The notes under the pieces: generated by a model
Told to the model about the DNA's origin: nothing
The model's database searches: none
What the model saw: only the letters and a program-made list of their open reading frames with translations
Shown here: positions 10,501-19,276 of the stretch, one piece after another
How positions within the stretch are numbered: the stretch's first letter is position 1
Layout: every line of letters starts with the position of its first letter
Translations under genes and position numbers: made by a program
Assembly: GCA_963718235.1 (NCBI GenBank)
Contig: CAVQYR010000001.1
Coordinates: 1,792,001 to 1,856,000, forward strand
Direction: 5' to 3'
From: an uncultured Actinomycetota bacterium
GTDB lineage: Bacteria > Actinomycetota > Actinomycetes > JAHEKZ01
DNA: 64,000 nucleotides

Positions 10501-11022
10501 GATGAGCGAGGCCTTGGCCTGGAGCAGGTCCTGCGCGGTCTCCACGAGAACCGCGTCGGCGCCGCCGTCGACCATGCCTGCGACCTGCTGCTGGTAGGCG
10601 TCGCGCAGCTCCGCGAACGAGACGTGGCCCAGCGTGGGAAGCCGGGTCCCCGGACCCACCGAACCGAGCACCCAGCGCGGTTGCTCCGGTGTGCTCCAAC
10701 CGTCGGCCACCTCGCGCGCGGCCCGGGCCCCGGCCTCGGCGAGCTCGTGGATCCGGTCGGCGATGCCGTACTCGGCGAGGTTGCCGAGGTTGGCGCCGAA
10801 GGTGTTGGTCTCGACCGCATCGACACCCACCGCGAAGTAGGCGTCGTGCACCCCCCGCACGATGTCCGGGCGAGTCACGTTGAGGATCTCGTTGCAGCCC
10901 TCCAGACCCTCGAAGTCGTCGAGGGTCAGCGGGGCTGCCTGGAGCATGGTCCCCATGGCGCCGTCGGCCACGACCACCCGCTCGGCGAGTACGCGCCTGA
11001 GACTGTGCGGATGGGCGCTCAT
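7534..11022 (-). CDS. metH: cobalamin-dependent methionine synthase
   Basis: DGAMGTMLQ, GGCCGTTPEH, IGERTNANGSK, B12 motif DVHDIGKNLV, C-terminal GYPACPDL/PEQSTSA. Confidence 0.97.
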   Translation of the reverse strand: MSAHPHSLRRVLAERVVVADGAMGTMLQAAPLTLDDFEGLEGCNEILNVTRPDIVRGVHDAYFAVGVDAVETNTFGANLGNLAEYGIADRIHELAEAGARAAREVADGWSTPEQPRWVLGSVGPGTRLPTLGHVSFAELRDAYQQQVAGMVDGGADAVLVETAQDLLQAKASLIGARRALKAAGVDLPLIVQVTVETTGTMLLGTEIGAALAALEPLGIDLIGLNCATGPAEMSEHLRHLSRHARVGVSCMPNAGLPVLTADGAHYPLTPAQLADAHDAFTRDYGLSLVGGCCGTTPEHLRHVVERVGGRPLSPRRPRPEPGAASLYQHVPFRQDTAYLSIGERTNANGSKAFRVAMLEERWEDCVEIARDQTRDGAHLLDVCIDYVGRSGVDDIREVVGRFATASTLPLMLDSTEPEVVQAGLELLGGRSVVNSVNYEDGDGPGSRIQRMMPLVKEHGAAVVALTIDEQGQARTAEWKVRVARRLIDDLTGHWGMHESDIIVDTLTFPIATGQEETRRDALETIEAIREVKRRHPQVQTTLGVSNVSFGLNPAARIVLNSVFLHEAVQAGLDSAIVHASKILPMARIPDEQRQVALDLVYDRRSDGYDPLQRFLDLFEGATAADLRQSRAAELAALPLGERLRRRIIDGERNGLEADLDEALGTREALDIVNVDLLEGMKVVGDLFGRGEMQLPFVLQSAEVMKTAVAHLEPHMEKSDTSGKGTIVLATVKGDVHDIGKNLVDIILTNNGYTVVNLGIKQPVSAILDAADENDADVVGMSGLLVKSTVVMRENLEEMNLRGVADRWPVVLGGAALTRSYVEQDLGAIYEGEVRYARDAFEGLRLMDAVMAVKRGVEGATLPAPKQRRVASVVRPRETPEVDLPARSDVTTDNPVPRPPFWGDRVVKGIALGDYAAYLDERATFMGQWGLRGSRSGQGPTYEELVETEGRPRLRYWLERLHTEGILQAAVAYGYFPAVSEGDDLVVLHHEGPETGRERARFRFPRQRRDRHLCLSDFFRAADSGETDVVGFHVVTMGRRVSEVANELFAKDAYREYLELHGLSVQLTEALAEFWHARVRAELGYARQDEPQLDAILRQGYRGSRYSFGYPACPDLEDQTVLVDLLRPERIGVELSEEFQLHPEQSTSALVVHHPEAKYFNAR

Positions 11023-11077
11023 AATGGGTCAGGATAGCGATCGCCTGAGCACAGCCCCGACGCCGTAGGCTGAATCC

Positions 11078-11935
11078 ATGATCGAGTTCGAGGCGCTGCC
11101 GGCACTTCGCGAGCCGGTGCTCGTCGCGGCGTTCGAGGGCTGGAACGATGCGGCCGAGGCCGCCACGGGAGTCCTCGACCACCTCCTCGAGGCCTTTGAC
11201 GGGCAGCTGTTCGCCGAGCTCGACCCCGAGGACTACTACGACTTCCAGGTCAACCGGCCCTCGGTCACCATCGGCGAGCGAGGCATTCGCGACATCGTGT
11301 GGCCGGGGACCAGGATGTACACCGTGTGCCCTGCGGACGGTCCCGACCTCGTGGTCGTGCGTGGCATCGAGCCGAGCATGCGCTGGCGCAGCTTCGTGTC
11401 CGAGATCGTCGGCCTGGCGTTCGAGCTCGACGTCGACCACGCGGTCACCCTGGGCGCCCTGCTCGCGGACTCGCCGCACACCCGTCCGGTCCCGGTCACG
11501 GGCATCGCCTCGGACTCCGGTCTGGCCCGCCAACTCACCCTCGAGCCCTCGCGCTACGAGGGGCCGACCGGCGTGGTCGGGGTGCTCACCGAGGCGCTGT
11601 CGCACGCAGGGATCTCCACGGTCTCCTACTGGGCCGCCGTGCCGCACTACGTGGCTGCGGCCCCGTGCCCCAAGGCCACCCTGGAGCTGTTGCGCCGGCT
11701 GGAGGACGCCGTCCCGCTGGCGGTGCCGCACGGCGACCTGGAGGAGGACGCCGTCGCCTGGGAGCGCAGCGTCGACGAGCTCGCAGCAGGTGACGACGAG
11801 GTCGCCGAGTACGTCAAGTCGCTCGAGGAGGCCCGCGACACCGCTGACCTGCCCGAGGCCTCCGGCGACGCGATCGCCCGGGAGTTCGAGCGCTACCTGC
11901 GACGGCGCGACGACCCACCGGCTCCCCGCAGCTGA
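11078..11935 (+). CDS. PAC2 (proteasome assembly chaperone) family protein
   Basis: AFEGWNDA, DYYDFQVNRP, EPSMRWR, YEGPTG, WAAVPHY. Confidence 0.88.
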   Translation: MIEFEALPALREPVLVAAFEGWNDAAEAATGVLDHLLEAFDGQLFAELDPEDYYDFQVNRPSVTIGERGIRDIVWPGTRMYTVCPADGPDLVVVRGIEPSMRWRSFVSEIVGLAFELDVDHAVTLGALLADSPHTRPVPVTGIASDSGLARQLTLEPSRYEGPTGVVGVLTEALSHAGISTVSYWAAVPHYVAAAPCPKATLELLRRLEDAVPLAVPHGDLEEDAVAWERSVDELAAGDDEVAEYVKSLEEARDTADLPEASGDAIAREFERYLRRRDDPPAPRS

Positions 11936-11960
11936 GCCCAGGAGCTGGGCCCGGCTCGAG

Positions 11961-13187
11961 CTACAGGCGAATCCCCAGCAGAGCGTCGACGGTGCTCCGG
12001 ACCAGATCGGGGCCCTGCTTGTCCTCGCCGACCCCGAGGTGGACCTGCTCAGCCCAGCGGTCGACGGCCCGAAGCGCCCCTGGGGCATCCAGGTCGTCGG
12101 ACAGCCGGTCCCTGACCTCGGCCAGCAGCGGTCCGGCGTCAGGTCCCTGCCCCCGGTCGACGGCTGCTCGCCAGGTGGCCAGGGTCTGCTCGGCGTGCGC
12201 GAGCTGGTCGGGGGTCCACTCCCAGTCGTCTCGGTAGTGGTGTCGAAGCAGAGCGATCCGCAGCGCGCCTGGGTCGGTTCCCTCCGCTCTGAGGCGCGAG
12301 ACGAAGACGAGGTTGCCGCGGCTCTTGGACATCTTGTTGCCGTCCAGGCCCACCATGCCGCCGTGCACGTAGAACCGGGCATAGGGGTGCAGCCCGGTGA
12401 GGACCGCGGCCTCGCTGGCCCCCATCTCGTGATGGGGGAAGACGAGGTCACTGCCGCCACCCTGGACGTCGAAGGTCATGCCGAGCAGCTGCAGGGCGAT
12501 GGCGGTGCACTCGATGTGCCAGCCCGGGCGACCGTGCCCCAGGGAGGTCTCCCAGGCAGGCTCCTCAGGTCGGGCCGCCTGCCACAACAGGCAGTCGAGG
12601 GGATGCCTCTTGCCGGTTCGCTGGGGGTCGCCGCCGCGCTCGGCGAACAGCTGGACCATCTGCTCTTCCGGCAGGTGCGACACCGAACCGAACGACGGGT
12701 CGCTGTGCACGTCGAAGTAGACGTCGTCGTCGACCCGGTAGGCAGCTCCCTTGTCGAGCAGGATCTGCACCAGGTCGACGATGTGTGGGATCGACTCGAC
12801 CGCGCCGATGTAGTGACGGGGCGGGATCACCCGAAGGGCGTGCATGTCGGTGCGGAAGAGCTCGGTCTCCCGGCGAGCGATCTCGGTCCAGTCCTGGCCC
12901 GTCGCCACGGCCCGCTCGAGCAGCGGGTCGTCGATGTCGGTGACGTTCTGCACGTAGTGCACGACGTGCCGACCGTCGAGCCAGACGCGCTGGATCAGGT
13001 CGAACGTGAGGTAGGTGTTCGCGTGACCGAGGTGGGTGGCGTCGTACGGGGTGATCCCGCACACGTACATCCGCGCCTCGGGGCCGGGGTCCGTCGGTCG
13101 GACCAGGCCGCTCGAGGTGTCGAACAGGCGTAGGGGTACACCCTGCCCGGGCAGCGACGGTACCTCTGGTGCGGGCCACGACTCCAC
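11961..13187 (-). CDS. mshC: cysteine:GlcN-Ins ligase (mycothiol biosynthesis)
   Basis: [50 protein letters not shown]; no CysRS anticodon domain. Confidence 0.95.
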   Translation of the reverse strand: MESWPAPEVPSLPGQGVPLRLFDTSSGLVRPTDPGPEARMYVCGITPYDATHLGHANTYLTFDLIQRVWLDGRHVVHYVQNVTDIDDPLLERAVATGQDWTEIARRETELFRTDMHALRVIPPRHYIGAVESIPHIVDLVQILLDKGAAYRVDDDVYFDVHSDPSFGSVSHLPEEQMVQLFAERGGDPQRTGKRHPLDCLLWQAARPEEPAWETSLGHGRPGWHIECTAIALQLLGMTFDVQGGGSDLVFPHHEMGASEAAVLTGLHPYARFYVHGGMVGLDGNKMSKSRGNLVFVSRLRAEGTDPGALRIALLRHHYRDDWEWTPDQLAHAEQTLATWRAAVDRGQGPDAGPLLAEVRDRLSDDLDAPGALRAVDRWAEQVHLGVGEDKQGPDLVRSTVDALLGIRL

Positions 13188-13233
13188 GAACGGCGAGCCT
13201 AGTGGGCGCGCACCCGGCACCGCCGGGGGCAGG

Positions 13234-13947
13234 TCAGAACGGAGGCCAGGGGATCGCCGGCCAGTCGGTGGGCGGTTCGGGGTGAGTCCCGGTGCGCAGC
13301 ATCACGCGGACCCTTCGGCGCGTCGCGGCGATCTCAGACCGGGTGAGCAGGCCGAGCAGCTCCTCGAGAAGCTCGCCCTCGGCCAGCTGGGCGTCGACCT
13401 GCTCGAGGGCGTCGACCGACTCGTCGTCGAGCGGCTCACCCGCCCACTGCCACAGGAGGGTCCGCAGCTTGGACTCTGCAGCGAACGTGACTCCGTGGTC
13501 GATCCCCATCACCTGCCCGGAGGTCGTCGGCAGGAGATGGCCGCCCTTGCGGTCGGCGTTGTTGACGACCGCGTCCAGCACGGCCATCCGGCGCAGGTCG
13601 GGGTGGCGGCTGCGGACCAGGCCGACCAGGTCGACAGCGTCGTCGACGTCGATCCACAGCTGGACCATGCCGGGCCCGAACGGCCCGTCGCGGAGCACGG
13701 TGGTCGGGACCAGGTGCCACCCGCCTGCCTGGGACACGAGGTAGGTGGCGCGCTCCCGTGCTGCGAGCGTTCCGGTCGGGAAGTCCCACAGCGGCCGTTC
13801 ACCTGAGACCGGCTTGTACACGCACACGACCGTCTCGCCCTCCAGGGAGGCGGTGCAGTAGAGCGTGGCGTTGGAGGCGTCGACGAGTCGGCCCTGCACG
13901 TCGATGCCTCCGTTGAGGAGGAGGTCGGCGGCGTCGATGACGCTCAT
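13234..13947 (-). CDS. SCO1664-family PI3/PI4-kinase-like protein
   Basis: [31 protein letters not shown], ends in WPPF; ATGA overlap with DUF3090. Confidence 0.85.
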   Translation of the reverse strand: MSVIDAADLLLNGGIDVQGRLVDASNATLYCTASLEGETVVCVYKPVSGERPLWDFPTGTLAARERATYLVSQAGGWHLVPTTVLRDGPFGPGMVQLWIDVDDAVDLVGLVRSRHPDLRRMAVLDAVVNNADRKGGHLLPTTSGQVMGIDHGVTFAAESKLRTLLWQWAGEPLDDESVDALEQVDAQLAEGELLEELLGLLTRSEIAATRRRVRVMLRTGTHPEPPTDWPAIPWPPF

Positions 13948-14525
13948 GGCCGGCGTCGGTGCCCGTTCTGGCGGGGGCAGAGGTGGCCCTCCGGGTCGAG
14001 GGGTTGGTTGCAGAACGGGCACGGGGGCCGCCCTGCGGCGACGACCCGGGCCGCCCGCTCGGCGAACTGTCGCGCGGCGGCTCCGGTGAGAACGACGCGC
14101 AGCTTGTCCGGGCCCGCGTCGTCGGAGTCCAGCGCCTCGAGGTCGTCGACGTCGGTCTCGTCGTCGACGACGGCGAACGCCTCCAGCACGAACCGCTGGC
14201 TCTCGTCGTCCCACTCCAGGCTCATCGACCCGACCCGGAACTCCTCGTCGACGGGGGCGGTGAGCGGACCGAGGTCGAGCTGGTCGACCGGCGTCAGGGC
14301 TGGGATCGGCACCTCACCGGCACTGCGGCGCAACAGCGTGTCGAGCAGGTCGGTCAGGCGCTCGGCGAGGGCGGCGACCTGCGCCTTCTCCAGGGCGACG
14401 CTGGTGAGTCGAACGCCGGCTTGTGCCTGGAGGTAGAACGTCCGTTGGCCCGGCTCACCGACCGTTCCGGCGACGAACCGGTCCGGTTCGTCGAAGTCGA
14501 AGACCCGACGAGACATCGACGTCAC
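13944..14525 (-). CDS. DUF3090 family protein
   Basis: RFVAGTVGEPGQRTFYLQA, LEKAQV, AGRPPCPFCNQPLDPEGHLCPRQNG. Alternative start ATG 14516. Confidence 0.88.
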   Translation of the reverse strand: MTSMSRRVFDFDEPDRFVAGTVGEPGQRTFYLQAQAGVRLTSVALEKAQVAALAERLTDLLDTLLRRSAGEVPIPALTPVDQLDLGPLTAPVDEEFRVGSMSLEWDDESQRFVLEAFAVVDDETDVDDLEALDSDDAGPDKLRVVLTGAAARQFAERAARVVAAGRPPCPFCNQPLDPEGHLCPRQNGHRRRP

Positions 14526-15214
14526 CCCCCCGCCCCGCCGCCGACGGCGGCGTCGCTCGACCGCTTGCGGCCGCGGCGACGCCTGGGGGGCACCAGCCCG
14601 TCGACCGGCGCCCCGGTGTCGTTCATCCGCTCCACGAAGGGACGCAACGGGCTGTACCGGACGACGCTCAGCGATGCGGGGTCGACGACGATCCGCTGGA
14701 ACTGGTCGAGGTGCAGCCCAAGAGCGTCGGCGAGCACCGCCTTGATCACGTCACCGTGGGAGACCACGACATACGTGGCGTCGTCCCCGAGTCGGGTGTT
14801 CCAGTCGCGCACAGCGGACACGGCACGCCCTTGCATGCTCGCCATCGCCTCGCCGCCGTCGCCGGGGAAGGTGACCGCGCTGGGATGCGCCTGAACGGCT
14901 TTCCACAGCGGGTCCTTGGCCAGCTTCTTGAGCTCCTGCCCCGTCCAGTCGCCGTAGCGCACCTCGCCGAACCGTTCGTCGGACTGGACCGGGGTGTCCG
15001 GCCGCTCGGCGACGAGAGCAGCCGCGGTCTCCTGGCAGCGCTGCAGGGGGCTGGCCACGACTGCCGTCACGGGTACTCCGGCGAGCCGGGTTCCGAGGCT
15101 GCGCGCCTGCTCAGCACCGGTCTCGTCGAGACCCACCCCAGCGGTCCAGCCAGCCAGTACCCCAGAGGCGTTGGCCGTCGTCCGACCATGGCGCACGAGC
15201 AGGAGGGTGGTCAC
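14522..15214 (-). CDS. histidine phosphatase / MSMEG_4193-family putative phosphomutase
   Basis: LVRHGRT, SPLQRCQETA, SHGDVIK, ends in VGGGAG. Confidence 0.88.
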   Translation of the reverse strand: MTTLLLVRHGRTTANASGVLAGWTAGVGLDETGAEQARSLGTRLAGVPVTAVVASPLQRCQETAAALVAERPDTPVQSDERFGEVRYGDWTGQELKKLAKDPLWKAVQAHPSAVTFPGDGGEAMASMQGRAVSAVRDWNTRLGDDATYVVVSHGDVIKAVLADALGLHLDQFQRIVVDPASLSVVRYSPLRPFVERMNDTGAPVDGLVPPRRRRGRKRSSDAAVGGGAGG

Positions 15215-15260
15215 GTCGAAACCCTAGACGCCCGTGGCCCCGGGGCGCGCCTCGACGGGT

Positions 15261-16094
15261 TCACCCCAAAGGGACCTCGGGCTGCAGCGTGCCGACGGCG
15301 AGCAGGACGAGGACGAGGGTGCCGAGGGCGACCCGGTACCACACGAAGGGCCAGTAGGAGCGGGTGCGCACGTAGCGCAGCAGCCACCCGATGACGGCAT
15401 AGCCCACCACGAAAGCGATCACGGTCGCTGCGATGGTCTTGGGCAGGCCGGGCTCGGCGCTGGCACTGACGTCCGGCAGCTGGAACAGCCCCGAGGCGAC
15501 CACGGCCGGGATGGCCAGCAGGAAGGCGTAGCGCGTGGCAGCCTCACGCGTGTAGCCGCGGAACATGCCCAGGCTGATCGTGGCCCCCGAGCGCGACACG
15601 CCAGGGATCAGGGCCAGGGTCTGGGCCAGGCCGTACAGGACCGCGTCGGGCAGGTTGAGCCGCTCCAGCGGGAGGGTCTGTCGCCCGAACCGGTCGGCCA
15701 GCCCGAGGATCAGGCCGAAGACGATCAGGTTGAACGCGATCACCCACAGGTTGCGAAACGTCGTCTGGATCGTGCTCTCGAGCAGGACTCCGACGATGGC
15801 GATCGGGACCGTCCCGATGATCACGTACCAGCCCATCCGGGCGTCCAGGGTGCCCCGAAGGTCCGGCCGTACCAGTGAGCGGGCCCAGGTGGACCCGATC
15901 CGCCAGATGTCACGGCGGAAGAACACGATCACGGCGGCCTCGGTACCGATCTGGGTGACCGCGGTGAACGACGCTCCTGGGTCGGTCGAGCCGAACAGCT
16001 GCGGGAAGATCGCCAGGTGCGCGCTGCTCGACACGGGCAGGAACTCGGTCAGCCCTTGGAGGGCCCCCAGCAGCAGGGCCTCGATCCAGCTCAC
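15261..16094 (-). CDS. uppP: undecaprenyl-diphosphatase
   Basis: QGLTEFLPVSSSAH, PGVSRSGAT, FLLAIPA. Confidence 0.94.
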   Translation of the reverse strand: MSWIEALLLGALQGLTEFLPVSSSAHLAIFPQLFGSTDPGASFTAVTQIGTEAAVIVFFRRDIWRIGSTWARSLVRPDLRGTLDARMGWYVIIGTVPIAIVGVLLESTIQTTFRNLWVIAFNLIVFGLILGLADRFGRQTLPLERLNLPDAVLYGLAQTLALIPGVSRSGATISLGMFRGYTREAATRYAFLLAIPAVVASGLFQLPDVSASAEPGLPKTIAATVIAFVVGYAVIGWLLRYVRTRSYWPFVWYRVALGTLVLVLLAVGTLQPEVPLG

Positions 16095-16098
16095 GCGC

Positions 16099-17148
16099 CT
16101 ACTCCCCCACGCCGGACCGGTCCAGCGCCTGAGCCGCCACGCGAACGGCGTGGAGCCGCTCGTCCAGGGTCGGTGCGTACGTCTGGATGGTGAGCGTGGT
16201 GACGCCGGAGGCGGCGAAGGCCTGCATGCGGTCGGCGATCCTCTCCATCGGCCCGATCAGCGACGTGGAGTCGATGAACTCGAACGGGACCGCCGCAGCG
16301 GCCGATTCGTAGTCTCGCGCGAGGTAGCGCTCCTGGACCGCGGCAGCGGCATCTGCGTAGCCCATCCGGGTGGCCAGGGCGTGGTAGAAGTTCTGGTCCC
16401 GACTGCCCATCCCGCCGACGTAGAGGGCGGCGTACGACCGCACCGGCGCAGCGCAGGCCTCGAGGTCGTCACCGACGATGAGCGGAACGGTCGGGACGAC
16501 GTCGAAGCCGCCCAGGTCGTGGCCGGCCCTGGCCCGTCCCGCCCTGATGTGCTGCAGCGACTCCTCGGCGTGCTCCGGTGCGTAGAAGAGGGCCAACCAC
16601 CCGTCGGCGATCTCGCCGGCCAGCTCCAGGTTCTTGGGTCCCAGCGCGGCGAGGTAGATCGGCAGCCGGTCGCGCACGGGATGGACGGTGAGGCGCAGGG
16701 CCTTGCCCGGTCCGTCGGGCAGCGGGAGGGTGAAGTGCTCACCGTCGTACCGCACGACCTGTCGGGCGAGCGCCAGCCGCACGATGTCGACGTACTCGCG
16801 GGTACGGCCGAGCGGCTTGGCGAAGCGCACGCCGTGCCACCCCTCGGACACCTGCGGACCGCTCACCCCGAGCCCCAGTCGGAAGCGGCCTCCGGACAGG
16901 GTGTCCAGGGTGGCTGCGGTCATCGCGGTCAGGGCCGGGCTCCGGCCGGGGATCTGGAAGACCGCCGAGCCCACGTCGATCCGGCTCGTCTGCGCGGCGA
17001 CCCAGGCCAGCACGGTCGCGGCGTCGGACCCGTAGGCCTCGGCGGCCCAGGCCACTGCGTAGCCCAGCCGGTCGGCCTCCTGGGCGAGCACGAGGTTGTC
17101 CGCGTCGTTCGTGGATCCCCAGTACCCGAGGTTGATGCCGAGCCGCAT
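16099..17148 (-). CDS. LLM-class F420-dependent oxidoreductase
   Basis: MRLGINLGYW, AEAYGSDA, LGLGVSGPQVSEGWHG, LYVGGMGSRDQNFY. Confidence 0.88.
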   Translation of the reverse strand: MRLGINLGYWGSTNDADNLVLAQEADRLGYAVAWAAEAYGSDAATVLAWVAAQTSRIDVGSAVFQIPGRSPALTAMTAATLDTLSGGRFRLGLGVSGPQVSEGWHGVRFAKPLGRTREYVDIVRLALARQVVRYDGEHFTLPLPDGPGKALRLTVHPVRDRLPIYLAALGPKNLELAGEIADGWLALFYAPEHAEESLQHIRAGRARAGHDLGGFDVVPTVPLIVGDDLEACAAPVRSYAALYVGGMGSRDQNFYHALATRMGYADAAAAVQERYLARDYESAAAAVPFEFIDSTSLIGPMERIADRMQAFAASGVTTLTIQTYAPTLDERLHAVRVAAQALDRSGVGE

Positions 17149-17191
17149 GGCGAGCGACTCTAGCCGTCGACTCCTCGGTACCCTCGCCGGC

Positions 17192-18184
17192 ATGCAGCAG
17201 CGACACCTCGGCGCCTCGGGGCTCACCGTGTCCCGGCTGGCCCTGGGCACGATGACCTGGGGTCGGGACACCGACGAGCACGAGGCCCGCGACCAGCTCG
17301 AGGCCTTCGTCGAGGCCGGCGGAACCCTGCTGGACACCGCCGACGTCTACGCCGACGGTGAGTCCGAGCGGGTGCTGGGACGCCTGCTCGGCGACGTCGT
17401 GCCGCGCGACGACGTGGTGGTCGCGACCAAGGCCGTGTCCATGCCCGGTACCCAGCGTCGTTTCGACGCGTCGCGGGGCCACGTGCTCGCTGCACTGGAC
17501 GCCTCGCTCCGTCGGCTGGGTGTCGACCACGTCGACCTGTGGCAGCTGCACGCCTGGGATCCCGACACCGACCTGTCGGAGACGCTGGCGGCCGCCGACG
17601 ACGCGGTGAGCAGGGGCAAGGCGCGCTACGTCGGGGTCTCCAACTACTGCGGCTGGCAGACCGCCCAGGCAGCCACCTGGCAGCGCGCGGTCCCGGCCCG
17701 CGCGCCCCTCGTGTCGACCCAGGTCGAGTACTCGCTGCTGCAGCGTGGGGTGGAGCGTGAGGTGGTCCCCGCCGCGGAGGCCCTCGGGCTGGGCATCCTG
17801 GCCTGGTCGCCCCTCGGGCGGGGAGTCCTGACCGGCAAGTACCGCACGGGCACTCCGGCTGACTCCCGCGGTGCGTCGCCCCACTTCACCGCGTTCGTCC
17901 AGCCCTACCTGACCGAGCAGGCGCGCGGGGTCGTGCACGCCGTGGTCACGGCGGCGTCGGGGCTCGGTGTCTCGCCCCTGGAGGTCGCCCTGGCCTGGGT
18001 CCGGGACCGCCCGGGTGTCACCGCCGCCGTCGTCGGCGCCCGAACGGCTGCCCAGCTGCGGGGGTCCCTGGCGGCCGAGCCACTGGAGCTGCCCGACGAG
18101 ATCCGGTCCGCCCTCGACGAGGTGTCGACTCCCGCGGTCGGCTACCCCGAGCACGGCTGGAACCAGCAGCCGCGGACCCGCTGA
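17192..18184 (+). CDS. aldo/keto reductase
   Basis: LGASGLTVSRLALGTMTWG, DTADVY, SLRRLGVDHVDLWQLH, WSPLGRG. Confidence 0.92.
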   Translation: MQQRHLGASGLTVSRLALGTMTWGRDTDEHEARDQLEAFVEAGGTLLDTADVYADGESERVLGRLLGDVVPRDDVVVATKAVSMPGTQRRFDASRGHVLAALDASLRRLGVDHVDLWQLHAWDPDTDLSETLAAADDAVSRGKARYVGVSNYCGWQTAQAATWQRAVPARAPLVSTQVEYSLLQRGVEREVVPAAEALGLGILAWSPLGRGVLTGKYRTGTPADSRGASPHFTAFVQPYLTEQARGVVHAVVTAASGLGVSPLEVALAWVRDRPGVTAAVVGARTAAQLRGSLAAEPLELPDEIRSALDEVSTPAVGYPEHGWNQQPRTR

Positions 18185-18205
18185 CCCTGGCCGCCTCGGA
18201 CGACG

Positions 18206-18391
18206 ATGACCGAGTACGAGACCTGGCGGCTGGACTTCCCGCGGGGGGCGAGCCGCGGCTCGGTGCGCCGGCTGCTCACCGAGCACGCCGAGTACGGGCG
18301 CTGGGAGCTGTGGCGGGTCAGGCTGTTCCCCGACGGTCGTCGCCAGGTGTGGCTACGTCGACGCGCCGTCCGGGTCGCCCGCACCCTCTGA
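18206..18391 (+). CDS. small conserved actinobacterial protein (DUF5703-like)
   Basis: LTEHAEYGRWELWRVRLFPDGRRQVWLRRR; usual position after the AKR gene. Confidence 0.75.
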   Translation: MTEYETWRLDFPRGASRGSVRRLLTEHAEYGRWELWRVRLFPDGRRQVWLRRRAVRVARTL

Positions 18392-19273
18392 GCGCGCGCG
18401 CTCGATGACCCGCTGAGGGTGCGTGTATACCGTGGCCCTTCCCTCGCGGACGAACCCGACCAGCGTGATCCCGAACTGGTCGGCGACGTCGACCGCGAGC
18501 GTGGAGGGCGCGGAGATCGCCACGACGACCGGTACGCCGGCCGCGACGGCCTTCTGCAGGATCTCGAACGACGCCCGGCTGGTCACCACGAGTGCGTGGT
18601 CGTGCAGCGGGGTCGACTCGGAGATGAGTGCGGCGCCGAGCACCTTGTCGACGGCGTTGTGCCGTCCTACGTCCTCGCGCACCCACCGTGGGTCGCCGCC
18701 GAGGGTGAAGACCCCGGCCGCATGCAGCCCACCCGTGCGGGTGAAGACGCGTTGGCGCTCTCGCATCAGGTCGGGAAGCCGCACGACGATGTCGGCGTCG
18801 ATGCTGGCCCTGCTGGTCACGGGGGCCAGACCGCGCTCGTGCAGGCTGTGCAGTGTTGCGCTGCCACACACACCGCATGCACTGGAGACGTCGGTGGTGC
18901 GCTTCACCGATGCGGCGCGCGCCGCGGCGTCGGTGCGCAGGTCGACGGTGACCACGTTGCCGCGCTCCTCGGCGGTGAGCGAGTCGTCGACGCAGGGCCG
19001 GATGCTCACGACGTCATCCGGGCCGTGCACGACCCCCTCGCCGAGCAGCCAGCCGGCGGCGAGGTCGAGGTCAGCCCCCGGCGTCCGCATCGTCACGAGC
19101 TCGGTGACGGGTCGCCCAGCGTGCTCCATCCGGATCTGCAGCGGCGCCTCAACGGCCAGCGTCTCGATCGTCGTCCGCGGCGCCGGTCCGATCCTCCGGG
19201 CTCGTACCCGCTCGCTCGAGCCGGGTCTGCGCGGGTCTCCCGCCGGGTCGTCCGGGCGTGCGTCCGAGGACAC
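18353..19273 (-). CDS. fdhD: formate dehydrogenase accessory sulfurtransferase
   Basis: TMRTPG, SSACGVCG, FTRTGGLHAA, REDVGRHNAVDK, ISAPSTLA. Confidence 0.93.
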   Translation of the reverse strand: MSSDARPDDPAGDPRRPGSSERVRARRIGPAPRTTIETLAVEAPLQIRMEHAGRPVTELVTMRTPGADLDLAAGWLLGEGVVHGPDDVVSIRPCVDDSLTAEERGNVVTVDLRTDAAARAASVKRTTDVSSACGVCGSATLHSLHERGLAPVTSRASIDADIVVRLPDLMRERQRVFTRTGGLHAAGVFTLGGDPRWVREDVGRHNAVDKVLGAALISESTPLHDHALVVTSRASFEILQKAVAAGVPVVVAISAPSTLAVDVADQFGITLVGFVREGRATVYTHPQRVIERARSEGAGDPDGAST

Positions 19274-19276
19274 CGG

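Noticed and set aside
7564-11037. 1157-aa plus-strand ORF, and similar long ORFs such as 35918-38620, 3696-6203 and 18419-20728
   Set aside because: Antisense or off-frame shadows of real genes; high-GC codon bias removes stops and no motifs are recognisable.
11023-11077. Cobalamin or SAM riboswitch before metH
   Set aside because: The 55-bp intergenic region is filled by two divergent -10 elements, leaving no room.
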